A stretch of 64,000 bases of DNA from Macrostomum lignano. Its lineage: Eukaryota. A program made the translations under genes and the position numbers. The stretch spans positions 1 to 64,000 of the forward strand of contig NIVC01002345.1 in NCBI GenBank assembly GCA_002269645.1. The letters run 5' to 3'. The number at the start of each line of letters is the position of its first letter. The first letter of the stretch is position 1. The notes under the pieces are model-generated. The model saw only the letters and a program-made list of their open reading frames with translations, had not been told where the DNA came from and made no database searches. Below, piece by piece: positions 1 to 9,580 of the stretch.

Positions 1-242
1 GGCAGGTCAGCTGACACAGGGAAAGCGGGAGCTGCGGCGAGGCAGGTCAGCTGACACAGGGAAAGCGGGAGCTGCGGCGAGGCAGGTCAGCTGGACACAG
101 GGAAAGCGGGAGCTGCGGCGAGGCAGGTCAGCTGGACACAGGGAAAGCGGGAGCTGCGGCGAGGCATGTCAGCTGGACACAGAAAGTGGGAGCTGCGGCG
201 AGGCAGGTCAGCTGGACACAGGGTAAGTGGGAGCTGCGGCGA
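1..242 (-). repeat. Tandem array of 6 x 39-41 bp units (GGCAGGTCAGCTGGACACAGGGAAAGCGGGAGCTGCGGCGA), apparently derived from the adjacent RT coding sequence; runs off the window edge
   Basis: Units start at 1, 41, 81, 122, 163 and 202. On the minus strand the unit reads PRRSSRFPCVQLTCL, directly after RT motif ...DYVMR. Confidence 0.9.
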
Positions 243-1918
243 GGTCCACTTATAGCCGTCTGCATCGCGCCAGAGCCAGCCGCATGACGTAGTCGATCAG
301 GAGAACGAATAGAAACGGTGATAGGGTGTCACCTTGCAGGACCCCGGAGGTGGGTGGCAAATTCAGATGTAGGGCCGTGTTCAATCTGGACAAAAGCCTT
401 GGACGAGTTGTAGAGGTCCATGATCGCCTGTACCAGCAGCTGAGGAACTCCATACTGCTGGAGGAGCCAGGCAATGGCCGCCCGGCTGACGGAGTCAAAA
501 GCTTTGAAGAAATCTACAAAAACAATTGACACCGCCTTTTGGCGAGTCTCGCAGGTGTCAGTCCGTCAGGTGTCCGTCAGGCACCGGATCGCAGCGACTT
601 GTTCTGCTGTTGACCGTCCAGGTCGAAAGCCACTCTGGATGTTGAGAAGCCTCTGGTTGATGATGGGTTGAATGCAATTTCGAAGGATGGTGTTGAGGAT
701 TTTGGCCAGAGTGCACTCTTGGGCTTTGCCACGCAAGTTGTCGAGGCCGCTAGAGTTGCTCTTCTTGGGATGGCCACAATCTTAGAAGTTCTCCATCGCT
801 CTGGGCACTAGCAGTTGAGTTCCCGCCCAGGCAGCAGGAGCGGTTAAGGATTCCAGTGATGACAGGCAGCAGCTCGGCGTCTTCAGGACACGCGGTGGGA
901 TGTCATCGGTTCCCGCTGCTGCATCAGCCCGCATGGATCTTAGGGCCTTGGAGACTTCATCTATGGAGATCGGAGCGCAATATTAATTGAAGTCGGATGG
1001 GCAGGCAGGTGGAGAGTCAGCGAGCGGGCGAAGAGTAGCGCTGGGAGCTGGGGCATTGAGCACAAAATGGAAGTGGCCCGCAATCAGCTGTAGGCGGTGC
1101 TCGATGGAGTGGGCGTTGCAATGATAGCATTCGGCGTGGCTCGCCGTCCTGTGAGGCGGTTGATGGTGCGCCAGGCCACAGCATGGCGCAGTTGTCAGTG
1201 GCAGCCTTGATCTCCGTCACAGCTTCTTGGGTGGACAGCTCAGCAGCTTGGATGTGGGCAGCTTGCAGTGCCTCTCGCGCGGTGGAGGCAGCAATGCTGG
1301 CGTGCCATGTCGGGCAACTGCGGCTTGCATGTCTTGCCGGGCTCTGATGACATCCAGGTGAGAGTCCCAGTGTGCACCCGATTACCGCGGTTGCCCCCTG
1401 GGGAGCACTGCTGCCGCAGAAGCGACTGCTGCGGAAAAGATGTCGTAGCTGCTGTCAAGGCGGAGCCCCGAGTCTTTGAGCTGTCGCAGGAAGTTCGATC
1501 TGATTTCAGTTTTTGAGTGCACCCAGTAGGGCAGGGGACTGGTCGGCTTCCTGAAGCGGTGCCAGTGAAGGTCCAGTCTGCAGCACAGGAGATCGGAGTG
1601 TGGTCGGATGGGATGCATTTCAGGGTGATGTTACGAATGGCCGGAGACACGAGCTCTCTGCGACATTGGGCAGAGAATCCGAGGCGGGTGTTGCCGTTTG
1701 GGCCATGGAAAGTTGGTAGAACACTGAGGCATTGGCGAAGGCAGCCATTTGCCGCCATCAGGTCGCGAGAATGAATGAAGTCACAGAGGAAACTTGTGTT
1801 GGCATTAGCTGAGCCGCAACGATTTTTCACCAGTCGGCCGTCAACTGCCGGATCGGGGAGCATTGAAGTCGCTGGTGACAACGATGAGGTCCCGAGAGGC
1901 CAGCTGGTCAAGAAGGGC
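243..1918 (-). mobile_element. Degenerate non-LTR retrotransposon (APE endonuclease C-terminus plus reverse transcriptase), frameshifted and truncated at both ends
   Basis: RT motifs IVFVDFFKAFDSVSR (329-532) and GVLQGDTLSPFLFVLLIDYVMR (250-498) lie in different frames. APE-like motifs SDFNA (~1860-1880) and PSDHTPI (~1595-1620) lie upstream. Confidence 0.88.
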
Positions 1919-3110
1919 GATAAACTTTTACATATGATTTAACGATAACGATTTAACGATAACGGTAACGATTTAACTTTAACGATCAGCTTTTACATGC
2001 ACATGTTACTATAGCATGTAGGAAATACGCACGAATGATTCAGCTACAAGATTATAACTATCTCGAATTAGCAAAATGATATAAAAATTATAGCTACATG
2101 TAGAAAAGAGATTTGTATTTACCTTAATGATTCTAATCATTTTTAATTTAGTTTTACATTTCTAACGGCTTATAACTAAAGTAAAAACTCAATTAATTTA
2201 AACAAAGAAAATAAACAGTGCTAGCGAGTTAAAAAACTGTATTATTTAAAACAAAGGGATACGATAAGCTTTTAATATCAAATTGAAGCGTGAAACACGT
2301 TTAATTTAAATTTACTTTATTTTTAACTGGATTTTACGGATTTGAGCTGTTAAAATTTCTTTCTACGAAAGAATAGAGGTCGAGACGACTAATTAACAGA
2401 TAATTTGCTTACTTGCTGCCTCGGCTCTCTGTCTAACTAATGCCTTGCTGTCTTGTGGACAAATTAGTTAGTAGTTTGCCAGCCTATATTTACGAGTTAA
2501 TTTGGTTATTTATTAACATGGTACATTGTTAAGTTAGTTTCGGAGCCTAAGCCACTAAGCAAAGCAATGTGGCATGTGCATGTACCAATGTCAAATACAA
2601 ACGTAAGACAACTGTGAACAAATTATAACTTTAGAGTTTAGTTAAACTTTTTAAATTGAAAAAATCTAGTATGTTTGCTTTTTAATTGCCCTTTCAGTTA
2701 GATGATGAGGCAATGTTAATGTTACTGTTAACATTAATGTTACAGAGACAGCATGATATATTTATATATAAGCTGGGGGCATAATTGTAGTTTCCTGCTT
2801 TAAATTATTTTTTGTAAAATTGCATGATACTGATGATAGTAAATATTATGGAAAGTATTTCAGATTGTTAAGTGTCACAAAGTTAACAAACCTGTCACAA
2901 ATCTTTAGTTGTTGAAGATCACCAATTAGAACTGTTGTTATTGTTGTCTTGTTAGTTATTAGTATAGGTGGACAGCACCTAGACATTGCATTGCATTGCA
3001 GCTGAAATGAGTGCAAGTTTAAACAAAAAATAATTTAATTTTTTTGAATTTATACCAAGCCAGGTCGGGTGCTAGTTTTTTGGTAATATGCAAAACTTGG
3101 GTGCTGTTAG

Positions 3111-3762
3111 ACTCGTTAACTTTTTATTCGTCAACTGCCGTCAACTGTAGTAAATTTGTCAACTGGTAAAATTTGTCAACTGCATTTTGTTTGATTCGTG
3201 ATTACATTCGTGATTAAATGATTTGCTAAACAAGTATTTAATTAAGTAAGCTCCACTTTGTGCCAATGATCTAAGCACCCACAAAGTCCACTATTAAAAA
3301 GTGCAGATTTAAGTTTTTATACTTGAATATTATACTCGAATACATACTCTAATGTATTCAGTTTCAATTTTTGATTATTGAAATTTCAATTTTTGATTAA
3401 TTAGGTTTTGTACATCATATGTTTCATAAAAATGAATCAAAAAATGTAAAAAAACCCAGCAAAAAGCACAGCATTTCCATAAGAAAAATTTAAGTTAATA
3501 AATCCATAACAAATTGTAAATAGTAAAAGCAAAAATATTGGGCAGCAAATCAAAGCTAAACAAATGCTGTAAAAATCATAAAAGTAAAAGTAAATATATA
3601 GATAATTATTATGATAATTAACTCAATTTCAATGGCATACTAGTTTAACAAATTATGTCGCTATACTTTTTTATACTAAACTTAAGTTGACAAATTTACC
3701 TGGGCTTACCTAGAAATATAGTAAACTCGTCAACTCAGTTGATGAATAAAAAGTTGATGAGT
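3111..3762. mobile_element. Probable decayed MITE/non-autonomous DNA transposon bounded by a 27-bp inverted repeat
   Basis: 3111-3137 ACTCGTTAACTTTTTATTCGTCAACTG matches the reverse complement of 3736-3762 at 24/27 positions. The interior is AT-rich and non-coding. No TSD identified. Confidence 0.5.
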
Positions 3763-4123
3763 ATACCCAGATCCGCAAAACTTTGGGTGGGTTGGCAATA
3801 TAATTTAGGCAATTGTTATTAGGGAAGTGGCCTAGTGATAGACCAAATATAGATTTTTGCAAGTTTCTGAAACCAAATCTGAATATACAAAAAAATTCTG
3901 AATCCAAATCCAAATATCTAAATGGTTTCAAATGCTTTGTCATCTAATTAGTAATTGTCCCGCCAAGCATTGCACAAGATAAGAAAATACAATGCAATTT
4001 ACAATGCTTTTTCTTTATGACAAATTGTACTATTTACCCTAAGTCAATGTAAAATTAGACCATTTTATAATAAACATTAGAATTTTTTAAAAAGGCTACT
4101 TTCCCAATCCTTATTATGGTCTA

Positions 4124-5448
4124 CTGGGTGATTGGTAAAAATCTGGACATTTTTATTTGTTTTAGCAAGACAACAATTAACAAATTGAACGCATGTCTTT
4201 TAACTTGGATTTAGTTCAATATATAAGGGATTGTCTGGCTCATTGCCAAACGGCTCCGACACCATTAGCCCGAGCTCGGCGAATCCCAGACTTGACATTG
4301 GTCATCATCTCCTGTACACAGTGCAGATCCACGTGGCGGAGGCAGTAGCGAATGCGATTTTCCAGCTGTTCCAGACTGTCCGCCATTTAATTGTGATGGT
4401 AAACCTTTTGCTTCAACATCCCCCAGAAGTTCTCAATTGGTCGCAGTTGTGGTACATTGGGAGGATTGAGCTCTTTGCTGACAAAATTGACACCTTCCTC
4501 TTCAAATGTGTCAATGACGTCACGAGCATAGTGACAGCTCGCCAGGTCAGGCCAGAACAGGTAGTTGCCGTCAGCATGCTGTTCCTTAATAAATGGCAAT
4601 AGACGCTTGTGAATGCACTCTCTTATGTAGATCTCTTTGTTCATTGAGCTGCCGTGGCAGAAGAAGACCTTGGACATGCCCTTCTTGCTGATGGCCAGTC
4701 AGACCAAGACTTTGGCCTCAAATTTCTTGCTGAGTGAACACCTAACCTCATCAGGTGCATCACCTTGAGCTGTTGCATAATAGAACCTGTTACCAGGGAT
4801 GACATTGGATGACAGAGAGAAGTACGATTCATCGTCCATGACAATGTCCAGTCCGCCGTCATCTCCTGCCAGCACAGCACGGTAGAGCCTGTCAATCCTC
4901 ACACGCTGGCGCTCTTTCTGCTCAAACGACACAAATGACACTTTTTCTTTCTTGTATGCACTCAGTCCCTGCTTCTTGAGAATCTCGTTGACGTACGGCT
5001 GGCTGATGTCATATTTGCGTGAAATTTCGTGCTGGGACAGACCCATCCTGGCATCATTTGACATCTTCTCCATCAAAGTGGCAGTGACCTTGGTAGCTGA
5101 TTGTCCTGACCCCTCCTTCCGTAGCACAGAATCTTCTCCAGTTGCTGAGTAGCGATCCAGAATTCCATAAATGGTTGATCTTGGGACACCAAGCTCAGCA
5201 AAATATTTTGCGATTGCATCTTTGCTCAGCCCAGGGTGCTCAATTTTATATTGTACAACCAGTTTACGCCGCTGCTCTTCATTTAGAGACTGCATCTCAG
5301 ACGTGACGGGGCAAACGAGTGAAAAAAACAACTTAAGTTGTGAGGAAGACCCCAGTATTGCTCAAAAGCATCAGCTCAATAAATTCGCCTCGTTAAAGTT
5401 TGTCTATGGCAAAAACTAACCATGTCCAGATTTTTACCAATCACCCAG
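4124..5448 (-). mobile_element. Full-length IS630-Tc1-mariner transposon, DD37E (ITmD37E-like), 1325 bp
   Basis: Perfect 27-bp TIRs CTGGGTGATTGGTAAAAATCTGGACAT (4124-4150 and 5422-5448) with TA on both sides (4122-4123, 5449-5450), enclosing a transposase. Confidence 0.95.
4240..5295 (-). pseudogene. DD37E transposase, 351 codons, with two in-frame stops and no frameshift
   Basis: MQSLNEEQRRK... HTH-like N-terminus; catalytic motifs DIVMDDESYF, WPDLASCHY and NPPNVPQLRPIE, with 37 residues between the second D and the E. Stops: TGA in KVLV*LA (~4697) and TAA in VYHHN*MAD (~4388). Confidence 0.92.
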
Positions 5449-6829
5449 TAGACCATAGGTTCTAAACAGTTTAACCTATATTTCAATGTCAAAAATGATG
5501 CTTCAATGCACATTTTTTATAATTTAATTATATTCAAAAAGTCTATAATTAGGCAATATAAGTCATAGAGTTATTGTAAAAGAATGTTTATGTAATTTTG
5601 TTCCTAAAATGTAGAGACCCTATGATATACCATGCTCGCCAATTTTAGCATCCATTTTACACATCTATTGGCTTGTATTATGGGGGTTGGTTTTTGCAGC
5701 TTACTATTAGCCGATGACAAGGTCACTTGTATACTGTCTAGGATCATCCCCCATTTATATTTAGCTTGTTGGTATCAAAATAGAAAGCATGGGAGGTAGC
5801 CCACTAACTGATAAAAATGTGCGCGCACGCAAGCAACAATCTAAGGCAGAATGTTAACTCTTTAATCTATGGTTAGCTAAGTTAGTTAGCTATATTCTCT
5901 TGCTTGCAAGTTTTGATCATTTCGCGCATTTGCCCAGTCTGTCCGCTTCGTTTGATTGTTTCTGGAATCCTGGATTATGATAAACTGTGATTGAACTGGA
6001 ATATAGTGCGCCTTATTGATTTATACTTGATTGATTGATTGACGCATATTGGATTCATTCATCTGTTTATTGAAATATTTAAAATTGGTGCGTTCACATT
6101 TTCTTCTTCATTCTATGTCCATTTCAACTTTCAAATCCAACGCCTAATTAAATTCTTCAGTCTTTTTCTTTCCAGTCACAATGGATTCCCCTGTAATTTC
6201 AAACCATGCACCAAACCTCAACTCCGCTGTCACTTACCCCCCTCTACCGCTCACCACTCTGCCCCCAAAAGCCCCAACCCTCCCACCCCCCATCCTCTTG
6301 CCCACCTAGCCCCACCACCTAACACTGTACTTTCATTGATTTTCAAAATCATCATTCAAAACAATATTTTAGAGAAACATAATATATGCTATATAAGATT
6401 TAAACATACTAATAAAAAGAAAATTTTAGTTTTAACTATCTTCCAAACAATATATTTGATAAATTATTTAATTTTAATGGAGCCTTGGTCTTTTCATGAT
6501 GTTAAATATTGCTGTTCTTATTCCAAAGTCCAACGTATAAACTAAAGAATTAGTATCTAGGACTAGCAATTTAGTATCCCCTCAGGGTGGGCAATAAAGA
6601 AGGAGCAAACATTATTCATGAAAAATAATTAAAAAAGCACATTTCTTAAGAACCAGTTCTTCTTCAGTTTTATAAATCACCTTATTTGAGTACAATTGTC
6701 ACGGACAAAGATGTTTACTATTAATCTCTTTCTTTTTTTCCTAAACTTAACAGAAAGACAATAAAATAAAGTTTTCACAAAGATAACAAACATTCTCCCT
6801 AAATAGAAAACATCCCTTAGATCCCCCAG

Positions 6830-7300
6830 GGGGGGGCAAGTATCCCCCCAGATAGCAAGCATCCCCCAGATAGCAAGCATCCCCCCAGATAACAAGCATC
6901 CCCCTAGATAGCAAGCATCCCCCAGATAGCAAGCATCCCCTCAGATAGCAACCTTCCCCAGATAGCAACGATCCCCTCAGATAGCAACTATCCCCAGAAA
7001 ACAAGCATTCTCTCAGATAGCAAGCATCCTCCAAATAGCAACCATCACCCAGATAGCAAGCATCCCCTAGATATCAAGTGTCATATAAATAGCAAGCATC
7101 TACCCAGATAACAAGCATCCTGTAGATAGCAATAATCTCTAAAAAGCAAGCAGCCCTAGATAGAAAAATCCCATACATGTAGATACATGTGTAGCCAGTA
7201 TACCCCTCTCCCAAATAGCAAGTACCCCCGTTGAGAGCAAGCATCGCCCAATAGTAAGCATCCTTAGATAGCAAGCATTCACCAGATAGAAGTAGTTAGT
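6830..7300. repeat. Degenerate 18-bp minisatellite (CCCCCAGATAGCAAGCAT)n inside Helitron copy A
   Basis: Unit visible directly; same consensus as 59105-59490. Confidence 0.85.
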
Positions 7301-7314
7301 GACAATATTTCCTC

Positions 7315-7620
7315 CACTAATGCAATAATTTCTTTCTCAGGTTGTGCAATAATCCATGTCTTAGCTAGCACAATAATCTCTTTTTATTCCAGCACAATAA
7401 TCTGCTTTTTAGCTAGTGCAATAATCATTTTATTATCTAATGCAATAATCCTTAACTTATCAAGTGCAAAATTGATGTCTTAGCTAGTGCATAGTCCATT
7501 TCTAAGCTAGTGCAATAATCCTTGCTCTATTAAGTGCAGTAATCCTTGGTTTATCAAGTGCAGTAATCCTTGGTTTATTGAGTCCAATAATCCTTGGTTT
7601 ATCAAGCGCAGTAATCTAGG
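7315..7620. repeat. Degenerate ~25-bp tandem repeat (AGTGCAATAATCCTTGGTTTATCA-like) inside Helitron copy A
   Basis: The TGCAATAATC/TGCAGTAATC core recurs about every 25 bp. Confidence 0.65.
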
Positions 7621-8249
7621 TCTTTTTAATTAGTCCTTTAATAAAAGACTTCAATAAAAAATTATACTACTTTTATTACATTACTAAAGTTTGAACTCCG
7701 GTTACTACATTAGCAGCCCAGCCTGTTCACCTCTAGGCTAGCTGTCATCAAAGTTATAAGTGAATTTGTAGTACTTATAATTAAACACTCACACCAAGTC
7801 AGTTAGAGTAAAAGTCACAAGAAGCACTTATGACATAATAAATTTCTTAGGCAATTCAGTACTAGTCTCTATGAAAGTTAACAATATGGTTATACAATAT
7901 AAATCAAGTATTGTAGTATGCTTCCACATTGCATTTTCAATGCTGTGATGCAATTCAATTCAGTGTCAAAATTCTGCCAATACACAATTGGTAAATAAAA
8001 AGCCTATTTTGATGCAATCTATTTTAGAATCAAAATTCATCCAGTCAGTTTTTTATTCAGCATTCTTAGAATGCATTTTAAATTGAAAAGAGCTGCTTGA
8101 CCTTTGCAAAAAAGCATGTTATTCAAATATTTAATCCCTTTAGCATCAAGCAACTTCTTAGCCACAATACATGTACTGTCAAGGAAAAATTTCTGATTGA
8201 GCATTGCAAGTTCGAAGAAAATCAGTTGAGCCATTTTTGCTTAAATTGA

Positions 8250-8292
<43 letters not shown>

Positions 8293-8937
8293 CAGACCAT
8301 TTTTGGTATATTTTTTTGGTGGATAGTGGATTATTGCACTTGATAAGTGGATAGTGGATGCATTGGTGGATGGTGGATGGATTGGATGGATGGATATGGA
8401 AGATATACTCATACTTCTAACATAATTAGCTATCACTATTGTTACATAATGAGTTTGCTATTTTATCAGTATCTCAAGTATAAAATAATAAAAACTAAAT
8501 GACTAAAGATATATAGATATATACTTGTAATATATATACACATATATTTATATTTATATTAATTACTAATATTTTATTTCATATTTTGTAGTAGACAAAA
8601 AACTGTATTGTATATTAGCAAACCAAAAATTGTAAACAAACTGAAAGTTTTATGAGACTGCTGAAAGCTAAACTTGTACTCTTAATGTTGTTTGTGCACC
8701 TTAATAAGATTTATATTTAGTCATTGGTTTTCATTTTAAGATTATTGAACTTGAGATGAATTATTTCTTTATGCTGTTGATATGCTACAATATTGGGCAT
8801 TCTTCTAGACCACTGTCATCATTAAATTGGCATCAGCACTTGAATATTCGATTCAATTTGTGAACTCCATCCTATTCCATTTGCACGCCAAACCATATGA
8901 ACGTTGTCTGGCAATTAACAGTTGGCAAATTCCATCA

Positions 8938-9580
8938 ATGGCACAGCAGCAGCAGCACCAGCTGCAACAACAGCAGCATGTACAGCGACACTTTTCAATT
9001 GATTCCACCATAGCCGGTCAATATGATCTTGAGCATACCATCGGTCGAGGCCATTTTGCAGTTGTTAAACTTGCTAAACACACATTTACTGGCGAACAGG
9101 TAGCCGTGAAAGTAATTGACAAAAGCAAATTAGACGCTGTTAGTAGGGAACACCTATTCCAAGAGGTGATGTGCATGAAACTAGTCCAGCATCCCAATGT
9201 TGTAAGGCTTTACGAAGTGATTGACACTGCAAATCGACTGTATCTAATCCTGGAATTAGGCGATGGAGGCGATCTGTACGATTACATCTTGAAGCACGAA
9301 CGCGGCCTTAAAGAATCAATGGCTAAGAGTTTCTTTCATCAGATTGTCACAGCTATTGCCTATTGTCACAAATTGCACGTTTGTCACCGAGATTTAAAAT
9401 TAGAAAACTGCGTCGTGTTTGAGAAGCAAGGCCTAGTTAAACTGACCGATTTCGGCTTCTCCAACGTGTTTACGCCTGGTAAATTCTTGGAAACATCTTG
9501 CGGCAGTTTGGCCTATTCCGCGCCTGAGATTCTTCTCGGCGATTCGTACGATGCTACTAAGGTTGACGTCTGGTCGCTTG
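8938..9580 (+). CDS. SNRK: SNRK coding exon 1 (kinase subdomains I-IX)
   Basis: ATG at 8938 (MAQQQQH...[13 protein letters not shown]); ends KVDVWSL-G|GTGGGT, phase 1. Confidence 0.92.

Larger units (their letters stand above)
6563..8312 (-). mobile_element. Non-autonomous Helitron, older diverged copy A (same family as 58958-62687)
   Basis: A|CTAG end at 6562-6566 next to a degenerate GC hairpin. 7680-7740 and 8010-8240 align by eye to 62155-62215 and 62410-62640. It holds the same 18-bp internal repeat. The 5' end near 8300-8312 is degenerate. Confidence 0.72.

Noticed and set aside
8827-8937. N-terminal extension of SNRK from the TTG start
   Set aside because: Non-ATG start. SNRK homology begins just after the ATG at 8938, and an acceptor-like TTCTTCTAG lies at ~8810.
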